Assembly: GCA_964016885.1 (NCBI GenBank)
Contig: OZ024741.1
Coordinates: 379,378,001-379,442,000, forward strand
DNA from: Eledone cirrhosa
Taxonomy: Eukaryota
Direction: 5' to 3'
DNA length: 64,000 nt
In this document: piece by piece, positions 27,361-44,600 of the stretch
Layout: every line of letters starts with the position of its first letter
How positions within the stretch are numbered: position 1 is the first letter of the stretch
Translations under genes and position numbers: made by a program
The notes under the pieces: generated by a model
Databases searched by the model: none
What the model was told of the DNA's origin: nothing
What the model saw: only the letters and a program-made list of their open reading frames with translations

Positions 27361-28949
27361 TATGAAAATATATTTTCTTCATTTTGTGCAGTGAACATGT
27401 CACAGCCGTCTCAGTTCGCTGAAAATGCCAGGCAGCTGTTTGTAGATACGTCTTTTTCATAGGTGGCAATCACCCAACCAGTACAGAGATGAAAATAGTT
27501 TAGGAACGTTTGATGAAGAGGATCAATTGCATATAGAAAAAATATATTACCATCTACAAATTTTCTCATGTATATAGTACGAGCTTGGCTGGTTATAACA
27601 CATTGATGGTAGCACTAACGTAGCGTTGGTCGTAGTAAAGGTACATATAAAGTCATATACGTTAGGTTTATGTACATTAGCGTGGTTCTCATTGCTTACT
27701 GCACATATATATCTATCATGTACGTCTTCATATACAACCCTAACATGATCAAAGCGTTCTATATAGCGCCTTTCATAAGGGTGGATTATTATGAGTAAAT
27801 CCAACATGTCTCTATATAAAAAAAGAAGAAATGAGAAAAATGTAGCAATGACATATCAATAACAATAGGAAGCGCTTAATTAAGGAACACACACGAACAT
27901 ATGTATCATTAGATTAAACGAAACTAGTTGTGTACCTCCCTCAGCCTTCACAAAAGAAACTTCTATCCATATAAGGATCTCACAAACAAAGTAAGCATTA
28001 TAAAACACATTGTATGCGAAAAGATAAAATACGCAAAAACCGGCTTCATGCAAAATAAAATCAATAATGAAGATGAGGTGCAAATACTACTGAAATATAA
28101 TAAATTCAAAAGAACAATAAAGGAAATAAAATTTCTGAGACATGTTCTCCCTTATATCGTAAATTAATCCAATGGACTGAAATGCAATTGAATTATTTAA
28201 ACAAACCAACGAATACATATGCTAGAAATTAATGCAATACCAAGAAAACGAGAAGCAGAATAATTTGTTGGTTGTTTAGTGTCAGAGAATGAAATGTTTC
28301 AAACTAAATCCTCTGACAATTGTGGAATGTATGAGTTGCTACACTTGAACAATTTCAAACACAAGAGAACTGGTAAATTTTGAGTAAAACGGATAGGACA
28401 ATGGAGAGACACCGTAAAATAACTATTGATCTCAGAGAGCCTCAACATTCATATACATATATTCATATTTGCTAGAACCTAATTACAGTAGGGATTTACA
28501 TGTATAATGAAGATAAACATGTAACAATAAACAATAGAATAATTTATAACAGAAATCCCCAATAGAGTGTGTGGGGTGGGGTATCACCCGGTGTAGTTTG
28601 AGAACCCTACTGATCCAGAACCATCTACGACGCAAAATGGAACATTAGAAGATGGCCAACTTTTCTCTAACCTCTACAGCAATCGGTTGCATATTCAGAA
28701 TAGGCCCATTCCCTCGAGCCATCTACGATATATTGACTCGTATTTTAACAAATATATTCGGGGCATGCCTCTCTACCTGCATCTTTCTTTCCAAGTGGAA
28801 ATTGAAATGTTGATGAGGGCCGCATACATCCCACAATCAGCCACTACAGAGGAAAACTGTCTGCCTATTGCTGCCAAAAGAATGTGGTGAGGCCGTTGAT
28901 GATGGTGCAGTTTGTCAAGATGCGGGCCCGTTCTAAACGCTAGGGTATC

Positions 28950-30620
28950 AGTTTGAAAAGACTTCGCGAACACTGGTCAAGTGCGTATAGAACCGTATCA
29001 GTACTCTGAGTGCAACATGACATGTGCACCTCACAGCCGTTTCGTGCCTGTAGTGTTTGTCTCGAACCATATGTGCCCCACGGTATGTGCCCCACCTAGA
29101 TCGAAAGTTCTCTCAAACTGGCTGGCTAGTTCTTTTTCGTCGACGTCCAGTGTTTCCCTGATAACATCCTCGCCCTTATCCACATCTAGTCTTTATAGAA
29201 TGTTAGAGTTGAATTTCCATCAAACGCATTGTCTGATTGTGAGCGCATCAGGATATTCCAGATGCAAGGGGCCCATTTTTTGTAATCTCCTGACCACAGC
29301 CGCAACTCAGTATAAGAGACGTGCTGTATTACACTTGCCTCACAAACGCAAACCACATTTGTTCGCTGTTTGTGAATACGTTGAGATATCATAGCCTCGG
29401 CGAATGTTTGTACATCAACATACAGCGCATGACCAGCTCCCCGCAAATACGGTTTTGGCAGCAAATGGACGACATCACCAGTGGAACCTTTCCCTATCAA
29501 CTTTGGTTAGGCGTGAACAGAGGCAAGGCACACCAGCCAGGGCGGTGGCGGAAGGGATGACGCATGCGATGTACGTGTTCGTTACGTCTGCCCAACTTTT
29601 CAGGCATAGCTTCATCTTGAGATTTCTCCGTGAGTTTGGCTATTCTAGTTATCTATTTCACGTTCCTTGCCCCTGGAGTAAAGTCTTCACCAAACCAGAT
29701 ACCCAACAACTTTTTCAGTATACCTGACCAGCGTCCGACGATGTAGTTGAATGGCATGAGTTTGCATTGAAATTGCCGAACTGCAGTCCCACTGACGTTT
29801 CCGGGTTTGTTTTTTGTTTCAACATTTCATATTGTTCTAAACATTTCTCGAACACCTGGATTTCTGAGATTTTACTGTTGGTAATAATGTTGCATTGACG
29901 GTTGCTGATACAGTTGTTCTTGTTCGCTGTCTAGATTTGGGGCTCCTCGTCTTGTCAACATGAGGCTTGTGATTCGTTATCTTCTGTAGAGGGTTGAATT
30001 TTCAAAAGGATCCATTTTACCAACACCGTTGACAGTGAACATACTGAATTTCCATCAACCTGGAAGTAAGTGAAGTTTGGCATATTGTAGATATTATCTG
30101 GCTTGATGTGGATTAGCGCCTTCACACTGATGTCCGATCAGTTTTATCGTCGTAATCGTTTCAATTCCAGGAGATGTTGTTTTCCTTTAGTACGATAAAA
30201 ACCAATATCCACCAGCAGTTCACCTTTGCTGGGATACCGGAAATTTTTACTCTCGCTTTCCTTCTTCCTAGATAGGAATGGCACAAGACAGAGTTTTCAC
30301 CCGACATGGAACCACGGAGTGCTTAAGAACTACTGCCTCACTTTTAAAGAGCATATAAATGCCCACAAAAATGCCTACACGTCATGATGTGTTGCATGTC
30401 GGGCATTGTTTCCTTCTGTACTGTTTTCAAATTCTGCCATGTTTGTTCGTTCCGGCTATTGCATGCCTATCGTCTTTCATTTGTACGTGACCTTTTGTTC
30501 ATGTTTCTATCACTCTCTTAAGGGTGGGCGAGTCTACGTCAATGCAGAAAGTTTCCATTTTTATCAGGTTGGGCCAAACACATGTCATTTCCGCAATCTA
30601 TACTAAAATAAATGGAGGAG
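28950..30620 (-). pseudogene. Highly decayed piggyBac-like transposase
   Basis: STGDVVHLLPKPYLRGAGHALYVD resembles the PGBD4-type motif before the second catalytic Asp; boundaries are approximate. Confidence 0.4.
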
Positions 30621-30685
30621 TGGGTGACATCGTCCGATTCATATCTTTTAATCCAGTTAGTAAAATAAGGTGGATTACTTGGAAT

Positions 30686-30835
30686 AAATAATTGTTTCTA
30701 CTTTTGGTACACGGCCAGCAACTACTCAGTACATTACTGGTACTTTATTTTATCGACCCCGTAAGGATGAAAGGCAAATATAACCTCGGCAGGATTTGAG
30801 CTCAGAATGGGAAGGGCCGTAACCCTAAGCATCAA
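30686..30835 (-). mobile_element. SINE (Nin-domain-like)
   Basis: Reverse complement of the SINE consensus. Confidence 0.75.
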
Positions 30836-31029
30836 ATAATGAATGAATATTACATAATTTATGTACTCTTGATTAAATATAAATAATGTTGTTGCTTATT
30901 GAAAATTAATTCTGTTAACACTTCCGATATATCGCCGCCACCACCACCACTTCAACTACCATTTATATATAAAAAAAAGAGTGCGATGAGAGAGATACAT
31001 ATACATTGAGTGATTATGTGACATATATA

Positions 31030-32790
31030 TATATAAATTTTGAGTTGATGTTGGTTGTATACCACAACTAGTATGCAGAATGGAGCACACGACGCAGGTT
31101 GGTTTGGTTACTCCGGAGTAATGTAAAATAAAATAAAATAAATAAGTCAAATGTTTAAAATTTAACTTCGTTTATTACTGCTATATATATTTCGGGGACA
31201 GCCATCTTTGGCTGTGACCTCTTCAGACAGTCCGAATTAGTGTGGTAGAGACGAGTACACATGTTGTTGAGGTGTATAAATTTGTCAATACTCTGATATG
31301 CCCAGTTCCTGGTTGGGTTGTTATTTCACTGAGGAACTGGAATCATATGGATTTAAACAAACGAATTTCAGCATCAAAGGGCCTCTTCTCCTCTCATTGG
31401 TCAGTTGTTAGAACATTCCTCAGTCAAAGGTCTATATAAATTCGTTCTGAGGCAAGCCAATCTATAGTTGTTGTTCTTGTTATTGTTACGTAGATCTGAC
31501 CTCTATTCTTATGTTGGTAGTGGTGTTGTTTTGGAGTCAGCTAAAAAAAAAGTGATATAGTGGTAGAAGGAATAAGATGGTAAAGGAACAAAATAAAATA
31601 ATATAATCGTAAAAAATGTGTGTGTGTTATACCCATCTCAATGTTATAAAGATGTGTAAGGTCAAACTTACCATTGGTCAGTTTTGAGAGCATTCCTCAG
31701 TCCAAAGTCTATAGAAATTATTTCTGGGGTGAGGCTCCCTGTAGAGTTTGTGTTTGCTACTGTTAAGTATTTTGGTAGTGTTGTTGGTGTTGTGGTCAGC
31801 TTATGTTTGCTGATGCTGGCCATTTAGAAGTATCTGTGTGTGTGTTTCTTCATCCCTCCTGCCATCATCTCCCGTGGTGGTGGTGGGGCGGGGAGGAGGG
31901 TTCTGCCATGTATATGAAGAAATAGAAGGCAATAAAATGAAGAAAACAGAAAATAAATAATAAATAGAGAATAAATGAAAAATTAATGAAAAAGTAATGA
32001 AAAAGTAATGAAAAATGAATATGGAAAATGAAAATGAAAATGAAAATGAAAATGAAAATGAAAAGTGAAAAATAAAAATGAAGATTAAAAAAAAATAAGA
32101 TAAAATGTGTGTGTGCTATAACCAATCTCAAGGTCAGAAATATGTTGGATAGAGTGGTAGGAGGACCAAGATGGTAAAAGAATAAAACGAAATAGGATAA
32201 TCAAATAAAATCTGTGTGTGTTATAACCAATCTCAACTTAAATATAAATATAAGGTGATACAGTGAAGAAAACAGAAAATAAATAACAAATGAATAATGA
32301 GAAATGAAAAATCAAAAGTCAAATAAATTAAAATGTATGTGTGTTATAAAGATGTTGTCCAAATTATAAAGGCTGTGTCTGAATCAGTCTCTAGGCTATC
32401 ATGGTGTCTGCTCAGCCTGGGTTGGTCCCTATGGATTTAGGGGTGTTCCCAAACTATGGTGTTGTTACTGCCCATATAACTTGAGGGAGGTTTGCCCGAG
32501 AGGTGTCTACATGTTCTGGAGAAGTCCCTATAGCTTGAGGAGAGTTCATATCTTATTGTGTTGCTACTGTCCATATATCTTGAGGACGGTCCCGGCTCTG
32601 AGGTGTCTGCATGTCCCGAAGAAGTCGGTTCTGGGGTTTATCAGGCCTCTTCCACCTCTTAGTATCTCGAGGGTCTCGTTCAGACATAGTTTGCATATGC
32701 AAGATCCCCCTTTATAGGGTGTTACTTTCCTGATTATGGACCACGCCAGAAAATATGGGGTCCTGTCCAGCTTAAGCTTCCAGATCAGGT

Positions 32791-32795
<5 letters not shown>
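31030..32795 (-). mobile_element. 5'-truncated Naiad-type PLE (endonuclease C-terminus 32590-32795 + 3' UTR + HHR)
   Basis: Minus strand DLIWKLKLDRTPYFLAWSIIRKVTPYKGGSCICKLCLNETLEIL..LINPRTDFFGTCRH; (TA)n at both ends. Confidence 0.75.
31177..31231 (-). ncRNA. Type I hammerhead
   Basis: ACTGT-CTGAAGA-GG tc ACAGCCA aaga TGGCTGT cc CC-GAAA-TATATA-TA-GCAGT. Confidence 0.8.
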
Positions 32796-32830
<35 letters not shown>

Positions 32831-33312
32831 AGTACAGCATATTCGAAGTTCGATCAGCAGCTAAGCCAACGAATGCCTTCAGCAGTGCATCCAATGTTAC
32901 TCCAAAGGGAGGTAACCCCGGTTTCTGGCGTTCAATTCAAAAATTATGGACAATGGAAAAATTCCATACACAAACTGAATTAACACTCAACCAGACCGTT
33001 ATTAAACAAACTTAAATAATTAACCAATCAATGGAATTGTCAAATTAAATTAATCAATTAATCATTAGGTCTAAGAGATAGAAATACAATAGTACAGCAT
33101 ATTCGAAGTTCGATCAGCAGCTAAGCCAACGAATGCCTTCAGCAGTGTAGCCAGGCACTCGACAAAGAATAGACCTCAGAGTAATTACATATATATATAT
33201 ATAGAATCGAATAAGGAAAAGCGAAGTAGTTTCAGATGTACAAGTCCTTTAATAAGCATTACTATTAAAGGACTTGAACATCTGAAACTACTTCGCTTTT
33301 CCTTATTCGACA

Positions 33313-33697
33313 GCAGCAGTATCGGTAGAGGGTCGGACGCCATGCTTTCCAACATAGTTACGTCCCTTTACGATCTGAGTTAAAATCCCGCCGAGGTTGA
33401 CTTTGCCTTTCATCCTTACGGGGTCGATAAAATAAAGTACCAGTAATGCTAAGGGTAATTGCTGGCCTTGTGCCTAAAGTAGAAACAATTATTATAAAAG
33501 GACTGTGGATTGGCAGTATCGGTAGAGGGTCGGCCGCCATGCTTTGACGCATAGAGTTACGGCCCTTGCCATTCTGAGTTCAAATGCCGCCGAGGTTAAC
33601 TTTGCCTTTCATCGTTACGGGGTCGATAAAATAAAGTACCAGTAATATACTGGTAAATTGCTGACCTTGTGCCTAAAAGTAGAAACAATTATTATAG
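33313..33697 (+). mobile_element. Two tandem full-length SINEs (~33313-33497, ~33505-33697)
   Basis: Each has an A-box-like TGGCAGTATCGGTAG, a B-box, the central domain and an AGTAGAAACAATTATTATA tail. Confidence 0.8.
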
Positions 33698-33814
33698 AAG
33701 GACTTGACATCTGAAACTACTTCGCTTTTCCTTATTCGATATTTACTCCGTCATTCTTATGTGGAATAAGGACGTTGAGTGCTTGAATTGAATTGCATCA
33801 ATATTTACCTTAAG

Positions 33815-33849
<35 letters not shown>

Positions 33850-33851
33850 GA

Positions 33852-33893
<42 letters not shown>

Positions 33894-34164
33894 GAGAGGG
33901 GGGAGACATGGAGAGAGGGAGAGAAACGAAGAGGTTAGAATTTTTTTCAACACGCTGACGTTTATGTATGTGCGTGTGTGTATGTGCATATACATACATC
34001 TATATGTATGAGTATATAACTTTAATCACGCAAACACAGACAAACTTGCAAAAATACAGGCTGACGAACACATTCAGGTATGCAGATTTAAACAAATACA
34101 CACGTACATGAATCTTGGATAATGACCAATAGAATATAATTGCAAATAATAGCAGCAGAAATGG

Positions 34165-34520
34165 GATTCCTCCGAAGGGTTTTTAGAATAACGTTACTCG
34201 ATCAAGTGCATAACCCAGAGACCAGAGGGTCACTCCTGGTCGAGCCACTACTTCTCCGAATTGAGAGATCACAACTCCGATATTATGAGTATGTGGTTAC
34301 AATGTTTCTGTAAAGAATCGCCGGACAGATTTTAGAGGAAAAACAAACCTGTAAGAGACCCAGAGGTATACCAAGATGGTTGCATAACATTCATGAGCTT
34401 GGCTGGTCACGCTTTGGGATGAAGCTGGATCAATTAGAGATGTTTGCTACTGACATATTTTCTGGAAGGAGTGTTTGATAAGGACTCTACCCTACGACCC
34501 TCTCAGAAATAAGCAGGTGA
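34165..34520 (+). mobile_element. RTE-like LINE 3' remnant
   Basis: Homologous to 26865-27130 (TTCCTCCGAAGGGT...AACGTT, KRPRG.P.W). Confidence 0.5.
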
Positions 34521-34999
34521 AGAAGAACACATTGCCAATTTACTTTCCAAATTACATATATCTATATGCATATATATTTGCGTATAATACCAATATGCAC
34601 ACTTCATACGCTAGCAGAAAACCGGCCGAGAGCGGTTTTTCTGCTAGTCTTCGTAATAAACAATTATTTAACTTTGGCAGCTTTTTCAGCAAATGTACTA
34701 CTGTTATTTTTGTTGGTTTTGTTGTCATTGTTCTTGTGGTATTCTTGTAATTTGTGTTGTTGTTGATGTATCTGTTAATGCTATTTTTCGTTTCAGTTGT
34801 TGCAGTGGCGGTGGTGAAGATGAATGTTTTTTGGGGGTTGTTTTGGCTGTGCCCACGGTCGTGACTGTTGGAGTGCGGTGGTCATGATGGGTGTAGAGGA
34901 AAATAATTTTCACTCATAGCTGTTGTTGCAGGTAGTTTTGGCTGTTCTATCCTATCTATAGCCAGCTATTCTGTACCGGTGACGCAAAATATTTTTTCT

Positions 35000-36900
35000 T
35001 CATTTAACATGATTATAGCAACAGAATATGCGAAACCAGATCAACGTACTATTGTTGGAAAGGAGAATTGAAGAGGACATTAAAAGGCTTAGGAAAGATA
35101 TTAATATACTGGAAAGAGAAATACGAGTTGAATTTTTAAAAAAAGGAAAGATTAATAACTTACATGGAAGTACAATATAAGGGGAAATGAGATGAATACG
35201 GTATTTGAAGAGCTGAAATAAACAATAATTGCCAAATCTGCAAAGCTTAAGAGGTAAGAACAACGAATAATTCATTATAAACATAATGTACGATTCCATC
35301 AAAATCAGAAAGTAAATGAAATGGTTAGTAATGATGATGTCATCCCCAATGCTGATGAAATAAGAAGATTTGGAGTGATATATGGACTATAGTAAAAGGG
35401 CACAATAGAAGATTGGAGTGGCTGGCTATTGACATTGGAGATAATCAACTGGGAGTATTGGATATGAAATTTATTGCAACTATCCAGTGTAAAAGGATAC
35501 CAAATTGGAAAGGTTCCAGATGAGATGTTGCACAATGCTGCTGGTTGAAACATCTGAGAGCTTTTCATGGTAGAACTTCTGAGCAACTGAATAAGATATT
35601 GTATGGAGAAGAACGGTTGGCAAAATGGCTGCACTTTTGGAGACAGGTCTCGTTTTTGAAAGACACCAGCAATGAAAATACAGTTGACAACTTTAAAACT
35701 ATATCTTGCCTCCCTCTTAGAAGGAGAGATATGGCAGGTCTCTTTGCTGAGGCAATGTATGAATACCTGTAGGAAACATTAACTGCAAAGCAGGGATTCT
35801 AAGGATCAATTGTTGATTGTTAAATCAATCCTTAAACATTGTATAAATTGGCACACAAATATTGCCAGGGCCTCGACAGATTACAGCAAGAGGTACAACA
35901 TGGTGCCACATAACTGGCTAGTAGAAGCTTTGAAAATGTTTGGTATTGCAGATAATGTTAGACAATTTCTGCTGAGCAGAATTTGTGATTTGAAGACAGC
36001 TGACATCATGTAAACATACACTGTGACTTGTGAAGATCAACAGAGGAATATTTCAAGAACACAAACTTTCCCATTTACTGTTTGAACTGTGTATGTCGCT
36101 AATCTCATTGGTGTTAAGAAAGGAAAAACCTGGTTAGAATTGGGGACAAAACGCGAGATTAGGATAAACCACCTCCTGTTCATGGATGACCTATGGATGA
36201 TGTTATGGTAAATCATACGAAGATATTGATTCCCTTGTACACTCAGTTCATACATTCAATACGGACATAGGAATGGAATTTTGCATGAGAAATATGGAGT
36301 ACTTCTACAGAAGCGAGGAAAAATGAATAAGATAGAACGAATTGAATTACCAGAAGGTCAAGCTACGAAGGAAATTGATGACAATGGGTATATGTACTTA
36401 GACATCCTGTAAGCAAATCAAATGAAAGAGAAGAAATTGAAAGAACTATTATCTAATGAATATAAATGGAGACTGGAGTTGGTGTTAAAGGCGAAGTATA
36501 GCGCTGGTGTGATAGAGTGGATATGTAACGGACGTAAGACGCTTAATGTAAAAATAAAACGAGAAATGATGATATAAGTGGTTCTACACCCAATACGGAC
36601 AGCTTGTATCTAGAAGGACAAGGAGAAGCAAGAGGTCTAATTAGCTGTAAAATATGTGTGAGATCGGAGGAAAATAATCTGCCATGGTATGCAGGGTTAA
36701 GCATGAAAAAGGTTCTAAAAAGTGATGAAGCGAAGGAAAATGGAGTCTTTTAAACAAGACTGACAGAATAACACATTGATTAGATGGATGAAAAAAAGGC
36801 AGATCCAACCTAACAAGGATTTCAAATCAGAATATAAAGAAGGGTAAATTGCTCCCTCGAAGCGTGGTGTCCGACTTTCTAATGAAACTGCCAATCCATG
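35000..36900 (+). pseudogene. Decayed R4/Dong-like non-LTR retrotransposon RT
   Basis: NFKTISCLP, DYSKRYNMVPHNWLVEALKMFGI, INRGIFQ and INHLLFMDDL in RT order, with many stops and frameshifts. Confidence 0.7.
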
Positions 36901-37985
36901 ATGGTGACGACGGTGGTGGTGATGATGATGAAGATGATGATGATGCTGATGGTGGTGATGGCGGTGTTGGTGGTGGTGGTAGTGATCGATAAATGTGTGT
37001 TTCTCTGAGGTTTTGTACGACGCAGAATAATGTTGAAAAGTTATCAACGACCTCACAGACAGACAGAAGTTTAAACATGATAAGCTTTTTATATTATTAA
37101 AAAGACAGTTCGTTGTTCACGAAACTAAATATGCGATTAAATAAAATAAATAATGAAAGAGATAAAGGAAAGTAGAATACGAGAGAGATGGACAGTGTGA
37201 AGGAAAATATGAATAATATTAAATTTATGAAGAAAATATCAATAAAATTATTATTTCGTATCTGGAAGAACAGAGATATATGGCGCACATATACTCAGCC
37301 ACCGATAACCCACGTGTCATTGGTCTACTTGATAAGAGATGTGTGTAACCATAAGAAAAACATTACTTACACTAATGTTCAGAATACTAAGATAGTATTT
37401 CAAATACCAGTTTGCGATTCTCTTCTATGTGTTAAATAAAAATATCTAGATTCCATAAATCACACACCACTTTTTAATAAAAGGATGTGATGCACAGGAT
37501 AATGTACGCACGCAAGCTTGCATGTATATGTGTATGGATATATGTATGTACATCTTAAATTTACGATCGGTTCTCTTGATCTTGTCCCTCCTCTCCCTCC
37601 CACCCTCTCATCCAGGCCCCCTCTTTCTATATATAAATATCTATGTAATTATAAGTGGGAAGAGCAATTAAAGATAACATATTACCAAAATCTACTTCAG
37701 TCTCTCGTCTGCGTTTTCGCGTTGCAAATTGCAGCTTTGGATACTCTAGTGCATCCATAGCTCTGAGGCTACATCTCATTAAAGGCACCCAAAACTAAGA
37801 AAATATTCTTCGAACTAATCATTGTCAGTGACATTTTCGAAAGGTAGAATTATCAAGTGGTTTATAGTCACCAAGAAGTGTAGCAAAAGGTGGACTATTG
37901 GCGAGTATCAAATCAGCTAGAAGAAGTAATCTATTTTAGCCTATCCTTTTAGTCACTCATCTGTCTCTGTCTCTCTCTTTCTATT

Positions 37986-40840
<2,855 letters not shown>

Positions 40841-41031
40841 TATATATATATATATAATTGGTCTGTACCAACATTTTGGAAACTCTGCTTCGTAGAATCG
40901 AGACGTTTCTTAGGATTTCAGAGTCAGTTTCGATCATTACATCGATCATGCCTCGAGCTGGTCGCCAGAGAAATGATTGTAATATGTCTAATAACTTTTA
41001 TTCGTCGCAATACTGACACTCCGTGTCTTAT

Positions 41032-41124
<93 letters not shown>

Positions 41125-41667
41125 GTTTAGCCCCGACAACAGAGCTCATGCCGTTTGGACAGCTATTTCTGGACTCGTGTGTAGTCTTTATATTGATATT
41201 ATAAGTATATATGCATGTAGATATGATACATCAAATAAAATCGTAATTGGCAATATACACATATACACATATATAATCGTAATTGGCAATATACACGTAT
41301 ATACATATATAATCGTAATTGGCAATATACACATATATTGAACGAAGACTGTGTTACACTCTCTTATGTAATCAGTAACGTAATACATGATACATTAAAA
41401 AAAGAAGAGAAAATTAGTGACAGAAATATATGAATATTTATCTAAGCGATCGCTAACCGGAAGTGTTGACATTCGAAAATGTTAAAGAAGTGAATCTTTA
41501 AATAAGTAATAATATATATTTAATTAATAGCCACGAAATTTAATAGAAAAATTATGTAATATTCTTTCATTATTTATTCAAAGTAATCCTACTTATTTTA
41601 CTAATGGGATAAACAATTATAAACCGTACGCAGTCCCGCGCTCCTTACTTTATTATAATTTATATAT

Positions 41668-44600
41668 TTCTAGAAGTCTTATATATTTATATGTGAGCTG
41701 ATAGAGTACAGTCTAAGGATTTACAGAAACCCAAGAAGCTAGATTTAACACCTTTCTAGTGGGTCCGGGTATGATTTTACATTCATTTAAATTATTGATT
41801 TATTGATTTATTGATTTTTTTATCTGATTGTCCCGAATCTTCTATTATCGATTTTTTTATCGTACAGTTGATTTTAGACTTGTTCTATGTGTGACGGTAT
41901 TTTAACGATAGTTATAGCTCTGATTCATCTGAATTATTGAGCCCTCTGCCGCTCATTTCGAATTTTGTTTATCGTGAACTCGTGCGCCGATTTTTCGATA
42001 TTCGATCATTCTAATATTTTTAGCTCTGGACATAGCTATCCACCAGTTAATTTTATTGCTCATTTTTTGTCGATTCTATTGAGTGATGAATAGCTCCTGT
42101 TTTATTTTAACATGTCTATTGAGCACTTTTATTCGATATGTGTATTTCCACATTTCCTCGAATAGTTTTCGCGGATGTAGAGGTTATCTCCCTTGTCGGA
42201 TTCCATGTGCGTATTTTGCTTGTAGTTAGCCTCTTATCCGTTAGGACGAAGCTCGTTGAAGAAGTAAATTTCCAGTCCGCTTATTCTAGAAGTCTTATAT
42301 ATTTATATGTGAGCTGATAGAGTACAGTCTAAGGATTTACAGAAACCCAAGAAGCTAGATTTAACACCTTTCTAGTGGGTCCGGGTATGATTTTACATTC
42401 ATTTAAATTATTGATTTATTGATTTATTGATATTTTTTATCTGATTGTCCCGAATCTTCTATTATCGATTTTTTTTATCGTACGGTTGATTTTAGACTTG
42501 TTCTATGTGTGACGGTATTTTAACGATAGTTATAGCTCTGATTCATCTGAATTATTGAGCCCTCTGCCGCTCATTTCGAATTTTGTTTATCGTGAACTCG
42601 TGCGCCGATTTTTCGATACTCGATCATTCTAATATTTTTAGCTCTGGACATAGCTATCCACCAGTTAATTTTATTGCTCATTTTTTGTCGATTCTATTGA
42701 GTGATGAATAGCTCCTGTTTTATTTTAACATGTCTATTGAGCACTTTTATTCGATATGTGTATTTCCACATTTCCTCGAATAGTTTTCGCGGATGTAGAG
42801 GTTATCTCCCTTGTCGGATTCCATGTGCGTATTTTGCTTGTAGTTAGCCTCTTATCCGTTAGGACGAAGCTCGTTGAAGAAGTAAATTTCCAGTCCGCTT
42901 ATTCTAGAAGTCTTATATATTTATATGTGAGCTGATAGAGTACAGTCTAAGGATTTACAGAAACCCAAGAAGCTAGGTTTAACACCTTTCTAGTGGGTCC
43001 GGGTATGATTTTACATTCATTTAAATTATTGATTTATTGATTTATTGATATTTTTTATCTGATTGTCCCGAATCTTCTATTATCGATTTTTTTATCGTAC
43101 GGTTGATTTTAGACTTGTTCTATGTGTGACGGTATTTTAACGATAGTTATAGCTCTGATTCATCTGAATTATTGAGCCCTCTGCCGCTCATTTCGAATTT
43201 TGTTTATCGTGAACTCGTGCGCCGATTTTTCGATACTCGATCATTCTAATATTTTTAGCTCTGGACATAGCTATCCACCAGTTAATTTTATTGCTCATTT
43301 TTTGTCGATTCTATTGAGTGATGAATAGCTCCTGTTTTATTTTAACATGTCTATTGAGCACTTTTATTCGATATGTGTATTTCCACATTTCCTCGAATAG
43401 TTTTCGCGGATGTAGAGGTTATCTCCCTTGCCGGATTCCATGTGCGTATTTTGCTTGTAGTTAGCCTCTTATCCGTTAGGACGAAACTCGTTGAAGAAGT
43501 AAATTTCCAGTCCGCTTATTCTAGAAGTCTTATATATTTATATGTGAGCTGATAGAGTGCAGTCTAAGGATTTACAGAAACCCAAGAAGCTAGATTTAAC
43601 ACCTTTCTAGTGGGTCCGGGTATGATTTTACATTCATTTAAATTATTGATTTATTGATTTATTGATATTTTTTATCTGATTGTCCCGAATCTTCTATTAT
43701 AGATTTTTTTATCGTACGGTTGATTTTAGACTTGTTCTATGTGTGACGTTTTTTTAACGATAGTTATAGCTCTGATTCATCTGAATTATTGAGCCCTCTG
43801 CAGCTTATTTCGAATTTTGTTTATCGTGAACTCGTGCGCCGATTTTTCGATATTCGATCATTCTAATATTTTTAGCTCTGGACATAGCTATCCACCAGTT
43901 AATTTTATTGCTCATTTTTTGTCGATTCTATTGAGTGATGAATAGCTCCTGTTTTATTTTAACATGTCTATTGAGCACTTTTATTCGATATGTGTATTTC
44001 CAGATTTCCTCGAATAGTTTTCGCGGATGTAGAGGTTATCTCCCTTGCCGGATTCCATGTGCGTGCTTGTAGTTAGCCTCTTATCCGTTAGGACGAAGCT
44101 CGTTGAAGAAGTAAATTTCCAGTCCGCTTATTCTAGAAGTCTTATATATTTATATGTGAGCTGATAGAGTACAGTCTAAGGATTTACAGAAACCCAAGAA
44201 GCTAGATTTAACACCTTTCTAGTGGGTCCGGGTATGATTTTACATTCATTTAAATTATTGATTTATTGATTTATTGATATTTTTTATCTGATTGTCCCGA
44301 ATCTTCTATTATCGATTTTTTTATCGTACAGTTGATTTTAGACTTGTTCTATGTGTGACGGTAATTTAACGATAGTTATAGCTCTGATTCATCTGAATTA
44401 TTGAGCCCTCTGCCGTAAATTTCGAATTTTGTTTATCGTGAACTCGTGCGCCGATTTTTCGATATTCGATCATTCTAATATTTTTAGCTCTGGACATAGC
44501 TATCCACCAGTTAATTTTATTGCTCATTTTTTGTCGATTCTATTGAGTGATGAATAGCTCCTGTTTTATTTTAACATGTCTATTGAGCACTTTTATTCGA

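Noticed and set aside
41150-41192. Minus-strand GACT..AGTC-ca-GAAA-TAGCTG-TC; similar half motifs at 50705-50730 and 57380-57395
   Set aside because: Only the 3' half of a hammerhead, with no 5' core; possibly truncated remnants
41995-42320. U3 or box C/D snoRNA-like words in the monomer (GATCATTCTA, GTGATGA, CTGA)
   Set aside because: Box spacing and terminal stem are not supported; short words are expected by chance
43465-43500. Second HHR-like hairpin TCC-gtta-GGA-CGAAAC in monomers 3 and 9
   Set aside because: No CUGANGA upstream, and most monomers read GAAG
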